A stretch of DNA of 64,000 nt from Clostridia bacterium (GTDB lineage Bacteria > Bacillota > Clostridia > Oscillospirales > CAG-272), in the NCBI GenBank assembly GCA_017456005.1, contig JAFTLJ010000065.1, forward strand, positions 3,962 to 67,961, in the 5' to 3' direction. Shown here piece after piece: positions 35,002 through 43,675 of this stretch. How positions within the stretch are numbered: position 1 is the first letter of the stretch; each line of letters opens with the position of its first letter. The notes under the pieces are model-generated. The model did not search any database and was not told the DNA's origin. It worked only from the letters and a program-made list of their open reading frames with translations. Both the position numbers and the translations under genes were made by a program.

Positions 35002-35035
35002 TAAAAAAGCAGAGAAAAAATTCTCTGCTTTTTTA
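35002..35035 (-). terminator. Terminator of the microcompartment operon
   Basis: GCAGAGAA-AAAA-TTCTCTGC flanked by A6/T6. Lies 4 nt after the last stop codon. Confidence 0.85.
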
Positions 35036-35038
35036 TTA

Positions 35039-35239
35039 TCAAAGCAAAAATGCGGGCATCTTATCGCCAACCTGCACCTTGCCGAATTTTTCGCTTGTTT
35101 TCGCTTTGGGAGCCGCCGCTTCTGCCGCAGGCTTTTCGGGCACTTCTGCCGCAGGCTCGATAATTTCCGTTTTTACCTCTTCCACGGGTTTTGCCGTGGC
35201 TTTCGCCGCGCGTGCCACGCTGTTTTTACCTATTGACAT
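35039..35239 (-). CDS. 66-aa low-complexity (A/P/E/K-rich) protein, candidate ParA partner/adaptor
   Basis: The ATG at 35239 overlaps the parA-like 3' end by 14 nt, with AAGGAG upstream. 38 of 66 residues are A/P/E/K. Basic N-terminus 'SIGKNSVARAAKATAK', hydrophobic C-terminus 'KMPAFLL'. Confidence 0.6.
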   Translation of the reverse strand: MSIGKNSVARAAKATAKPVEEVKTEIIEPAAEVPEKPAAEAAAPKAKTSEKFGKVQVGDKMPAFLL

Positions 35240-36020
35240 ATTCAAGCATCTCCTTTGTCATTTCCAAATATTCTTTTGAGCTTCGGCTGGATTTTTTATA
35301 AGCCAAAACAGGCTGGCTGTTATCCTGCGCCCATTCCACCGCGCTGTCTATTCTTATATAATTCTTAAAAACGTTCACGTTTTCAAGCTCTGCGAGGAAC
35401 TCCATCGTCTGGCGGAAATATCCCTTGCGCTCGTCTGCCTTCGTAACAGCTATGCCGAGAAGCGAAAGATTTTTGTTCGTTTCTTTAGCTTTTCCGAAAA
35501 AGTCGAGCATATTCGCAAGGCCGAAAAGCCCCCAAGGGCTCGCCTCTATGGGTATAAGCAGGTAATCGGAAGCGCACATTATGTTCATAACGAGCATGCC
35601 GAGCGTAGGCGGGCTGTCGAGCAAAATAAAATCATATTCCCCGCTTGCTCTCACGCCTTCCAGCACTCTTGCAAGCGTTTTTTCCATATTCTTTTTGCCG
35701 TAAAGCTCAAATTCCGCGCCGCTCATAAGTATTCCCGAGGGCAAAAGAGAAAGGTTTTCATACGCCGTTTTTCTTATAAACGGGCGCACGTCGCATTCTT
35801 CCTTTATGGCTGTGAAAAGGTTTTCGCCGCTTTCGGAAAAAGCGAGCACTTCCTCCTCGCCGAAGAAAGAAAGCGAAAGGTTCTGCTGCATATCCGCGTC
35901 TACGAGCAGCACGCGGTAGCCGCCGAGCGCGAGAGCGTAGCCTACGTTGGAGCAAGTGGTGGATTTGCCGCTGCCGCCCTTGTTATTTGCAAAAGCAATA
36001 ACTTTTGTTGCCATATTCAA
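35226..36020 (-). CDS. ParA/MinD-family P-loop ATPase (small type, no N-terminal HTH)
   Basis: Deviant Walker A 'NKGGSGKST', 'LLVDADMQ', Walker B 'ILLDSPP'. Starts 3 nt after the pduV/eutP stop. Confidence 0.85.
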   Translation of the reverse strand: MNMATKVIAFANNKGGSGKSTTCSNVGYALALGGYRVLLVDADMQQNLSLSFFGEEEVLAFSESGENLFTAIKEECDVRPFIRKTAYENLSLLPSGILMSGAEFELYGKKNMEKTLARVLEGVRASGEYDFILLDSPPTLGMLVMNIMCASDYLLIPIEASPWGLFGLANMLDFFGKAKETNKNLSLLGIAVTKADERKGYFRQTMEFLAELENVNVFKNYIRIDSAVEWAQDNSQPVLAYKKSSRSSKEYLEMTKEMLEYVNR

Positions 36021-36023
36021 AAC

Positions 36024-36455
36024 CTATTCCTCCTCTGAAAGATATGAAAGAAGCGCATCTACGCCCTTTCCCGTTTTGGAATCGAGCGGAAAAATCGTTT
36101 TACACCCTGCCAAGCGAAGCCATTTTTCGCAGCGCTCCACGTTTGCGCCGGGTTTATCTATCGCAGTGATAATACCCACGACGTCGCGGTTTACCATACA
36201 GGTTATGTTAGGCCCGTATATGGAATAGACATCGTCTGCTTTTATAAGAAAGCCGACAACATCGGCTTCATATGCATAAAGCGCCAAAGCACCGGCAAGG
36301 TTGGCACGCTCCGTATATTCGCCGGGGGTGTCTATTATCAGCTCGCCGTAGTGAACGTACTGCGTTTTATAGTAGTGTATCTCTTCCCCACGCAGTCTTT
36401 GCGTGAGCGTGGTTTTGCCAGCGCCCACTCTGCCTACAAACATTATCTTTTTCAT
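36024..36455 (-). CDS. pduV: EutP/PduV-family BMC-associated GTPase
   Basis: 'MKKIMFVGRVGAGKTTLTQRL'. The start overlaps the pduU stop (TAATG). Confidence 0.85.
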   Translation of the reverse strand: MKKIMFVGRVGAGKTTLTQRLRGEEIHYYKTQYVHYGELIIDTPGEYTERANLAGALALYAYEADVVGFLIKADDVYSIYGPNITCMVNRDVVGIITAIDKPGANVERCEKWLRLAGCKTIFPLDSKTGKGVDALLSYLSEEE

Positions 36456-36823
36456 TATGTTCTCGTAATTTCGCAAACGGTGCAGTGAAGCTTATCGCGG
36501 CAATAATCCGTAACAGCCACAATAGCCGCCTCTACCTCCGAAACGGAGCCTGTTATAATGAGCGTACCTGTAAAGCGGTCTACAAACTCAACCGTCGCGC
36601 CCGAAGATTTCATAGAAATATCCGCGCATATTACCGCTGTTTCCGCAGGGCTGATGGTAAGCACGCCTATGGCGGAACGCTTATAATCCCCCTTCGGGTC
36701 AAGACCGAGCTTCTGGTAGAGTATGGCGTCGGGGTTTGCTATAACATGGGCAAGCGTTATCTGCTTGCCGGGCACAAGCTCTTGTATAATGCGCATTTTA
36801 TCGCGCATAGAAAGTTCATCCAT
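36455..36823 (-). CDS. pduU: Circularly permuted BMC shell protein, PduU/EutS type
   Basis: Start at 'MDELSMRDKMRIIQELVPGKQITLAHVIANPD' (GGAGGAGG SD). PduU/EutS-like throughout. Confidence 0.85.
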   Translation of the reverse strand: MDELSMRDKMRIIQELVPGKQITLAHVIANPDAILYQKLGLDPKGDYKRSAIGVLTISPAETAVICADISMKSSGATVEFVDRFTGTLIITGSVSEVEAAIVAVTDYCRDKLHCTVCEITRT

Positions 36824-36830
36824 AAAAAAT

Positions 36831-36920
36831 CCTCCTCCGCTTTCCCAAAAGAAAGCACGCAAAGAACTTTACTAAAAAAAGACGTTTATTTTTTGTGAGG
36901 AGCAAGCCCCTCCACTACCC
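36831..36920 (-). repeat. Intergenic repeat copy 1 (between the activase and pduU)
   Basis: On the minus strand: GGAGGGGCTTGCTCCTC hairpin, A-rich tract, AACGTCTTTTTTT, AAAGTTCTTTGCGTGCTTTCTT, then the SD. Confidence 0.7.
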
Positions 36921-37024
36921 AAAAGACGTTTTTTAGGTTTAATAAATTCCGTTCGGCATCGCCGAACATCGTAACATTCCGCGAAAGCGAAATATTTCAC
37001 CGCAAAATCATAAAATGATTTTGC

Positions 37025-37810
37025 TCATCCGCCTATCTGCACGATAAGACCGCTCTCGCAGGCCGCTTCGTAAAGCGTATTTATCTTCTCCTGCGGCATA
37101 GGCTCTATGCTGTCGAGCGTGTACTCGCGTTCGAGCCCTGTGTATTTATCCCTGCCTAGGCGATGGTACGGCAAAAGGTGCAGTTTCATCACTCCCGGCA
37201 AAGTTGCGGCAAATTTCGCAATAGCGCGTATTTCCGCAGGGGTATCGTTAAACGTGGGTATAACGGGCACACGCACTGTCATATCCTGCGCAATGCTCGC
37301 AATATATTTTGCGTTTTCCAAAATAATTTCGTTTGGTTTGCCCGTAAAAGCCTCGTGCTTTTTGCTGTCTACGTGCTTTATATCCATAAGGACGTAATCC
37401 ACGTTGGGTATCACCTTATCCAGCACCTCGCGCTTGGCATATCCCGTGGTTTCGATAGCCGTGTTTATGCCGTGCTCGTGGCAGGCAAGCAAAATGTCTC
37501 GCGCGAAATCGGGCTGGCAAAGAGCCTCGCCGCCCGAAAGCGTAACACCGCCGCCACTTCTGTCGTAATACGGCATATCCTTCTCTACCTCTTCCATGAC
37601 CTCGCGCACGCAAACGTCGCGCCCTATGGTTTCGGGCTTGCCCGCGCGCATCATCGTTTGGATCTTGTATTCCTGCGATTCGGGGTTACAGCACCAGCGG
37701 CAACGGAGCACACAGCCTTTAAGAAAGACTATCGTGCGTATTCCCGGCCCATCGTGGATGGAAAAACGCTGTATATCAAATATTCTGCCCTGTGTATCAT
37801 ATATTCCCAT
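37025..37810 (-). CDS. Glycyl-radical enzyme activating protein (radical SAM)
   Basis: 'DGPGIRTIVFLKGCVLRCRWCCNPES' CxxxCxxC cluster, 261 aa. Confidence 0.9.
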   Translation of the reverse strand: MGIYDTQGRIFDIQRFSIHDGPGIRTIVFLKGCVLRCRWCCNPESQEYKIQTMMRAGKPETIGRDVCVREVMEEVEKDMPYYDRSGGGVTLSGGEALCQPDFARDILLACHEHGINTAIETTGYAKREVLDKVIPNVDYVLMDIKHVDSKKHEAFTGKPNEIILENAKYIASIAQDMTVRVPVIPTFNDTPAEIRAIAKFAATLPGVMKLHLLPYHRLGRDKYTGLEREYTLDSIEPMPQEKINTLYEAACESGLIVQIGG

Positions 37811-37820
37811 AAGCGCTTTT

Positions 37821-37915
37821 CCCTCCTACTTTTCCGGAAGAAAGCAGGCAAAGAACTTTCCCCAAAAAAAGACGTTGATTTTTATTTTTCGGGAGGAGCA
37901 AGCCCCTCCCATACC
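37821..37915 (-). repeat. Intergenic repeat copy 2 (between the GRE and the activase)
   Basis: On the minus strand: GGGAGGGGCTTGCTCCTCCC hairpin, A-rich tract, AACGTCTTTTTTT, AAAGTTCTTTGCCTGCTTTCTT, then the SD. Confidence 0.7.
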
Positions 37916-37944
37916 AATATTTACTTAATTTTGCGATTTAAAAC

Positions 37945-40473
37945 TTAAAATCCCTGTTCTGTTCTGTTGATAATATCATCCTGAAGCGAGCGGGAAAGTG
38001 TGGTAAACAGCGCGCTGTAGCCCGCTACGCGAACCACGAGGTTTTTGTAGTTTTCAGGGTGCTTCTGCGCATCTAAAAGCGTTTCGCGGTTTACTACGTT
38101 GAACTGAACGTGCATACCCTTTTGGTCGAAATAGCCGCGAATGAGCGAAACGAACTTTTCAAGGCCGAGCATACCCGCAAGTGCGCTGGGGTGGAACTTC
38201 TGGTTAAGCAGCGTACCGTTGCTCGCCACACCGTGGTCTAGCTTTGCAACAGAGTTTGCCGTGGCCGTGGGGCCGCATTTATCGCTGCCGGAAACGGGGC
38301 CTACGCCGTCTGCAATAGGCGTATATGCAAGCCTGCCGTCGGGTGTCGCGCCCGTCTGCGTGCCGAGAGGCACGTTTGCGGAAACGGGGTAAAGGCCTGC
38401 CTGGTAAAGACCGCCGCGATAGTTTTTGTATTTTTCAACCTCTTTTGTGTATGTGTACGCAACGTCGCGCGCGAAAAGGTCTGCTTCGCGTATATCGTTG
38501 CCGTATTTCGGAACTGTGGCAATAAGCGCGAGTATTTCTTCATATCTCGCTTTTGTGCCTGCCGTAAGGTATTCGCCTGTAGTGACCTCGCGGTAGATCT
38601 CTTTAATATCCGCTTCCGTAAGAGCAGAGCCGTTTGCAACGACCTTTTCGGCTATTTCCATCGTAAGCTTTTCCGCGTCATAGCCGCGCAAGCCCTTGCC
38701 GTAGTTGTGCGCGAGCGCTTCCTTGAACTCTGCCATTGTAACAAGCTTCTTCTCGAACACAAGCTCGCGGATGGCAAGCAGCGCGTCTGTCATATTGGCA
38801 ATGCCGAAGCCCTGCGGACCTGTGAAATTGTATACAGCGCCGCCCTCCTGCAAGGATTTGCCGCGTTTTATGCAGTCGTCTACCATACAGGATTGGAAAG
38901 GCAAGGGGCAACGCATAGCGTGCGCCGCGTCTACGGCGTTGTCTGCGTTTACCATAAGCTCTATCATGTACGCTTCCTGCTTTTTGTAAGCGTCGTAGAA
39001 CTCCTCGAAGGTCTTCATTTCCGTAACGTCGCCCGTTTTGGGGCCTATTTGCTCGCCCTTGTCCACACCGTTAGAGAAAACGAGCTCTACGGGGCGGCAC
39101 ATATTGAAGAACGCCGCATCGTGCCAGCCGTCTGTTTTGCCGGCCTTCTGCGGTTCAACGCATCCGATTATGCAATAGTCGCGCGCATCCTCGAGCGTAA
39201 GCCCGCGAGCCATAATGGATGGGATAATGACCTCGTCGTTGTAATATGCGGGCAGACCCGTGCCGAGTCTGGTGAGAGCCGCCGCCTTAACGAGCAAGGA
39301 TTTTGGCGAACCGTTCCAAACGCGGATAGAAAGCGAGGGCTGAGGAAGCGGAACGTGCATCGCCGCCTCTATGCACATATAGGAAAGGTCGTTTGTTGCG
39401 TCCATTCCGTATATGTCCTGGCCGCCCACGATAAGGTTCTGGAAAAGACCGTAGCCTGCAAAGCCTTCTGCGCTTGCCGCATCGCGGACCTTATTGAGGT
39501 CATTGAGCTTTACCCATATGCAGTCGATAAGCTCCTGTGCTTCTTCTATAGACATAACGCCGTCGTCCATATCCTTCTTATAGAAAGGATACATATACTG
39601 GTCGAAACGTCCCGGGGAAATGGAGTGACCGCTGGATTCCACCTGCAAAAGCATCTGCACGAACCAAAAGCTCTGGCAAGCCTCGAAGAACGTGCGCGCG
39701 CCCTTTTCGGGTACGTGGGCGCAAGCGTCCGCTATGCAGCGAAGCTCCATTTTTCTGCCCATATCGTGTTCTTTTTCCGCCATCTGAGAAGCGAGCACAG
39801 AGTAGCGGTGGGCATATTCTATAACAGCCTCGCAGCTTTCGATAACTGCTTCCAGGAAGTTGCGGTGAGTAACGTAATCGCCGTCGCCAAAGCGAAGATT
39901 TGCAAGCTCTGCCTTGGCTTCGTTTATAATGGCTTCATAGCCGTAATTTATAACTTTATCATACTGCACGCAAACGTGACCGATGCCGTTGTAGAAATAG
40001 TTGCCTACGGTGAAGATACCGTGGTTCATAAACACATCGTACGCTTCGGGCGCCATATTTGCTTTGGCAAGGTCGGAAACCGTTTTGCCCTTCCAATACG
40101 GGTAAGCCTCGCGCAGCTTCTGTTTCGTTTCCTCGGAAATGTAGAAGGGGTCTGCTTCACGGGTGGCAACCGTATCAAATTCAGCTTCCAGCCATTCATA
40201 GGAATATTCGGGGAAAACCTGGCAGCCATGGGGTGTCACCGTAGCGCTGCCGGCGATAAGCTCGTTTTCGCGAATAACTATGGGTATATTGCGGAGAATG
40301 TGAGCGAAAGCCGCACTTCTGCGTTTAACGAGGGGTAAATTTTCCGTTGCTTTATAGCTTTCGGTAACAAGCACGCCGCGGTCTGCTTCGATTTCGGGCA
40401 TCTTTTCGTAAAGAGCCGCCATAAGCTTATCTATGCGCGCGCTTTTTTCTATAACAAATTTCAAATTTTCCAT
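37945..40473 (-). CDS. Glycyl radical enzyme, diol-dehydratase-like (probable 1,2-propanediol dehydratase)
   Basis: 'VRVAGYSALF' glycyl radical motif, 'IIGCVEPQ' catalytic Cys/Glu loop. ATG start at 40473, with an in-frame GTG at 40482. Substrate is inferred from locus context only. Confidence 0.85.
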   Translation of the reverse strand: MENLKFVIEKSARIDKLMAALYEKMPEIEADRGVLVTESYKATENLPLVKRRSAAFAHILRNIPIVIRENELIAGSATVTPHGCQVFPEYSYEWLEAEFDTVATREADPFYISEETKQKLREAYPYWKGKTVSDLAKANMAPEAYDVFMNHGIFTVGNYFYNGIGHVCVQYDKVINYGYEAIINEAKAELANLRFGDGDYVTHRNFLEAVIESCEAVIEYAHRYSVLASQMAEKEHDMGRKMELRCIADACAHVPEKGARTFFEACQSFWFVQMLLQVESSGHSISPGRFDQYMYPFYKKDMDDGVMSIEEAQELIDCIWVKLNDLNKVRDAASAEGFAGYGLFQNLIVGGQDIYGMDATNDLSYMCIEAAMHVPLPQPSLSIRVWNGSPKSLLVKAAALTRLGTGLPAYYNDEVIIPSIMARGLTLEDARDYCIIGCVEPQKAGKTDGWHDAAFFNMCRPVELVFSNGVDKGEQIGPKTGDVTEMKTFEEFYDAYKKQEAYMIELMVNADNAVDAAHAMRCPLPFQSCMVDDCIKRGKSLQEGGAVYNFTGPQGFGIANMTDALLAIRELVFEKKLVTMAEFKEALAHNYGKGLRGYDAEKLTMEIAEKVVANGSALTEADIKEIYREVTTGEYLTAGTKARYEEILALIATVPKYGNDIREADLFARDVAYTYTKEVEKYKNYRGGLYQAGLYPVSANVPLGTQTGATPDGRLAYTPIADGVGPVSGSDKCGPTATANSVAKLDHGVASNGTLLNQKFHPSALAGMLGLEKFVSLIRGYFDQKGMHVQFNVVNRETLLDAQKHPENYKNLVVRVAGYSALFTTLSRSLQDDIINRTEQGF

Positions 40474-40493
40474 ATTTTTCACCCTATTTCAAA

Positions 40494-41039
40494 TCAAATT
40501 TGTTCCCAAAGCTCTTTGTGCGGTGCGGGAATGACGGATTTGTTCATAAGCAAGCCGAGCCCTGCCGCGTATTCCGCGCCTGCATCGACCGCCGCCGTTA
40601 CGTCGCCCACGTCGCCTGTGACCATAACGAGGCCCTTACCGCCCATACCGCGTGAAACGCGGAGGTCGAAAATAGCCACGTTGGCTGTTTTAACAGCGAT
40701 ATCCGCCGCCTTTATAGCGCTCGCGGCAGAAAAAGTTTCTATAACGCCGAGCGAGCCGCTTTTTTTCGTGGCTTCCGTGCCGAAAAGCGCCGTTACCACC
40801 TGTGGGTCGATCCTGCCCATAACAGAGGTATCCACTATGGTCGCTTCGAATCTTCCCTTCACGTAGGAAACCGCCGCGTCAACATCGGCGATCGCCCCCG
40901 TGAGTATTATTTCATATTTACCGGGACACGCAGGATGAGCGCTTACAAGGCTTATGCCTGCGCTTTTGAGCGCGGAGTCGCACGCTTCAACACCCTTTGC
41001 TATGCTTTTAAGTTCTATTATACCTACGGCATTTTGCAT
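40494..41039 (-). CDS. pduT: Tandem-domain BMC-T shell protein (PduT-like)
   Basis: 181 aa with two BMC domains and 'HPACPGKY'. Confidence 0.85.
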   Translation of the reverse strand: MQNAVGIIELKSIAKGVEACDSALKSAGISLVSAHPACPGKYEIILTGAIADVDAAVSYVKGRFEATIVDTSVMGRIDPQVVTALFGTEATKKSGSLGVIETFSAASAIKAADIAVKTANVAIFDLRVSRGMGGKGLVMVTGDVGDVTAAVDAGAEYAAGLGLLMNKSVIPAPHKELWEQI

Positions 41040-41040
41040 A

Positions 41041-42468
41041 TTACTGTTTGTCCCTTTCTATTATAATTTTTTTGTTGTCTACGTATGTGCACACACCGGA
41101 AACCGAGGCGTACTGCGGGAGCGAAAGCCCCTCTGCCGCGTCTGCTATCTTTTCGCCGAGTGCAACGTACTGCCCTGCAACCACGCAAGGCACGGAGGGC
41201 ACGCCTATATGACCTGCCATAGAGATCTCCACTCTATCGGGCATAAAGCCGTCGCCTGCGAATTTTGCTTCCTTATCGTATTCGGAAACGCCTATTATTT
41301 CCTTCCAGCGCTCGCTGGAGATCATACGGTAGGGGCGCGTATCGCGCGGGGAAACCGTATCGTCGGAAACGTAGCGTGTTTTTGTTTTTGCAAGGTCTGC
41401 TTTGAGCTTGAATATCATCGCTCTGGGGGAAAGCCCCTGGCAACAAGCGGCGTGCTCGCAGATACCGCAGCCACAGCACAGTGTGGCAGAGGCAAATATT
41501 TTGTTATCGAGCATACCGTTGCCCTGCGCCACGCGCACGAGCTTGTGCGGCTCCAATGGGTAGCCGAGCTGGTTTCTGGGGCAAAGGTCCGTGCAGCGCG
41601 TGCACTGGCAGCAAGCGGAAGAACCGCGGCGGAGCTGCACGTCTATGCTCGTCTGCTTAGACTGGATTATAGGCAGCTTCTCTGGCAAAATGAGAAGCGA
41701 TTTTGTTGTTTTTGTAATAACGGCTTTTTCCGGGTCTATTACTCTGCCCATAGCGGGACCGCCGTCCAGCACCACGTTGTCTGCAGGCACCGTGATATTG
41801 TAATGAGCGAAAAGGTCTTTTACGTATGTACCCACAGGCACGCGTACGACAAGACGCTTTTCCGTATTTCCCGCAATGGTGAGCCATTTGTGCGTTACGG
41901 CAATTCTGTGGCGCAATGCTTCGCGTATATCGTATACCGTTTCCACGTTGTAAACGATAACGCCCACGGAAATGGGCAAGCCGCCCGCCTTTACGCTTCT
42001 GCCCGTAGCCTCGTATATAAGGCTTATTTCGTCGCCCATCGGGTAGACGTCGGGCAAGTATTTAACTGCGGTCTTTTCGGAAAGCTTCTGACCATCGAAA
42101 AAGCCGAGTTTTTTTGCCGTATGCTCCTTTACACAGAGCAGACCGCGGTTTGCTGTGGTATTCTCCACAATATAGTCTATCCCCTCGACAACCTTGCGCA
42201 GTTCATCGCGCAAAATGGTATAGTCGGTATAAAGCAAGGTTTCACATTCCGCGCCGTTAACGAGAATGGTGTCTACGCCGTCTGCTATTTTTGCATAAGC
42301 GGGAAATCCCGCGCCACCGGCACCGACGATGCCTGCGATCTTAACGCCCTCTTTGAACTCTACGTTCGTGGTCGTCATACGCAAAATGCCATCGTGAAGC
42401 GCCTCTGCGGGAGCAGGTTTTCTATACAGCGCATATTTTGCTTCTCGGGTGTTCATTTCTTCCGACAT
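41041..42468 (-). CDS. pduS: PduS/RnfC-like flavo-iron-sulfur oxidoreductase
   Basis: 'GAGGAGFPAYAK', two Cys clusters 'CCQCTRCTDLCP' and 'CCGCGICEHAC'. Start at MSEE (AAGGAG SD), with an alternative at 42486. Confidence 0.8.
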   Translation of the reverse strand: MSEEMNTREAKYALYRKPAPAEALHDGILRMTTTNVEFKEGVKIAGIVGAGGAGFPAYAKIADGVDTILVNGAECETLLYTDYTILRDELRKVVEGIDYIVENTTANRGLLCVKEHTAKKLGFFDGQKLSEKTAVKYLPDVYPMGDEISLIYEATGRSVKAGGLPISVGVIVYNVETVYDIREALRHRIAVTHKWLTIAGNTEKRLVVRVPVGTYVKDLFAHYNITVPADNVVLDGGPAMGRVIDPEKAVITKTTKSLLILPEKLPIIQSKQTSIDVQLRRGSSACCQCTRCTDLCPRNQLGYPLEPHKLVRVAQGNGMLDNKIFASATLCCGCGICEHAACCQGLSPRAMIFKLKADLAKTKTRYVSDDTVSPRDTRPYRMISSERWKEIIGVSEYDKEAKFAGDGFMPDRVEISMAGHIGVPSVPCVVAGQYVALGEKIADAAEGLSLPQYASVSGVCTYVDNKKIIIERDKQ

Positions 42469-42553
42469 AGTTTGCTCCTTTTTCATATTTCTTCCTGAAA
42501 ATATTGCGCTTTTGTGCAATATTCAATGCAAAAAACGCTTCCGCGTTTTTTGC

Positions 42554-42805
42554 TTACGGGTCTACTATACCGACGATAACTGCGTCTACAGGCTCGAACT
42601 GGTTGCGCAGCGCAAGGCGCGCGCTCGAACCCGTCGTTATAAGCACAACTTCGCCTATGCCGGCGCCAACGCTGTCTACAGCCACGATATATTTATCCGT
42701 TTCAACATTATTTTCTATTATTTTTACTTCGAGAAATTTGCTTCCCGTGAGCGATTCCTGCTTTTTTGTGGAAACCACGTTTCCAATAACAAGTCCTTTT
42801 AACAT
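42554..42805 (-). CDS. pduN: BMC-P pentameric vertex protein (EutN/PduN/CcmL family)
   Basis: 83 aa: 'MLKGLVIGNVVSTKK...VDSVGAGIGEVVLITTGSSAR'. Confidence 0.9.
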   Translation of the reverse strand: MLKGLVIGNVVSTKKQESLTGSKFLEVKIIENNVETDKYIVAVDSVGAGIGEVVLITTGSSARLALRNQFEPVDAVIVGIVDP

Positions 42806-42825
42806 AACTTTACCTCACGGAAGAA

Positions 42826-43485
42826 TTATTCTTTCACGATTTTAACAAGGCTGCCGTTGCCTATACCGGCCGCGTTTGCATCGTCTGTATCAACGTGCAT
42901 TTCGAGCGCGAAAGCTTTGTTTACGCGCACTTGAACGCCGTACCAACGTGTTTTTTTGCCTTTTCCTTCAACGTCTACCGTTACGTAGTCGCCGTCGGCA
43001 ACGCCGTACTTTGCGCCGTCTTCAAGGCTCATATGTATGTGGCGGTTTGCAATAATGCAGCCCTCTGTAAGCGTTACAACGCCCTTGGGTCCTATCATTG
43101 TGATAGGTGCGGAACCTTCTATTTTACCGGATTCGCGCACGGGGGGCTTAACTTTGAGAACGTAAGAGTCTGTCATAGAAACCTCTACCTGGGAAGCGGA
43201 ACGGATAGGACCGAGCACTCTTACTTTTTCTATGGGGCGGAGCGAGGGACCGACGATGGTGACAACCTCGTTTGCCGCGTACTGGCCGGGCTGGGAAAGA
43301 TCTTTCGCCTTTGTAAGCTCATAACCCTTGCCGAAAAGCACGTCGAGATGCTCGCGGGAAAGGTGAACGTGGCGGTTGGAAACGCCTATCGGCACGTCGG
43401 CGCCGCTTTCTGCCGCACCTGCGCCTCCCATATCAGACATAACTTTTTTTACGATTGCGGCAATTTCCGCAGATGAATATTCCAT
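42826..43485 (-). CDS. pduL: Phosphate propanoyltransferase PduL with an N-terminal encapsulation peptide
   Basis: 'PIGVSNRHVHLS' and 'IIANRHIHMS' repeats. N-terminal amphipathic 'AEIAAIVKKVMSDM' followed by a Gly/Ala linker. Confidence 0.9.
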   Translation of the reverse strand: MEYSSAEIAAIVKKVMSDMGGAGAAESGADVPIGVSNRHVHLSREHLDVLFGKGYELTKAKDLSQPGQYAANEVVTIVGPSLRPIEKVRVLGPIRSASQVEVSMTDSYVLKVKPPVRESGKIEGSAPITMIGPKGVVTLTEGCIIANRHIHMSLEDGAKYGVADGDYVTVDVEGKGKKTRWYGVQVRVNKAFALEMHVDTDDANAAGIGNGSLVKIVKE

Positions 43486-43560
43486 AATTTTCGGCTCCTC
43501 TGCAATTTATTTTTGTATGTAAATCCGCAAGAACGCGGAATTTTTTTCGATTTTTCACGC

Positions 43561-43591
43561 TTCCACGAAAGAAAGCTTGGCAAAGAACTTC
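43561..43591 (-). repeat. Partial third copy of the intergenic repeat core
   Basis: On the minus strand: GAAGTTCTTTGCCAAGCTTTCTTTCGTGGAA. Confidence 0.5.
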
Positions 43592-43675
43592 ATTTAGTAC
43601 CCGCCCTTTGCTTCGGCGAGAATTTAATTATTTATAGGAATTATTTTTTTGTTTTTCTGCAATATTGGAATTTGT

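Noticed and set aside
34962-35035. Possible ~55-nt sRNA driven by a TATAAT at 34965-34970 and ending at the bidirectional terminator
   Set aside because: There is no acceptable -35 element at proper spacing. The evidence is a lone -10-like hexamer in AT-rich DNA.
34515-35070. Several 90-175-aa ORFs on both strands in the 34.5-35.0 kb region
   Set aside because: They overlap each other within the inverted-repeat element and lack SD sequences. Their translations are low-complexity (K/F/L/R-rich) products of hairpin DNA.
38707-40338. 543-aa ORF on the + strand, with similar cases at 8291-9736, 3541-4815, 4643-5731, 19591-20592, 40954-42498, 45078-46256, 49942-51096, 52346-53647 and 53871-54929
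   Set aside because: All are antisense shadows of confidently identified genes: GRE, GH78, M16, lgt, the CN-hydrolase fusion, pduS, ADH, citrate synthase, aconitase and IDH. None has an SD sequence or a recognisable domain.
37945-40482. Calling the GRE a choline trimethylamine-lyase (CutC)
   Set aside because: The locus carries a class II aldolase and an RpiR sugar-type regulator rather than choline-associated context, which favours a GRM5 diol dehydratase. I cannot verify the pocket residues without an alignment, so this rejection is provisional.
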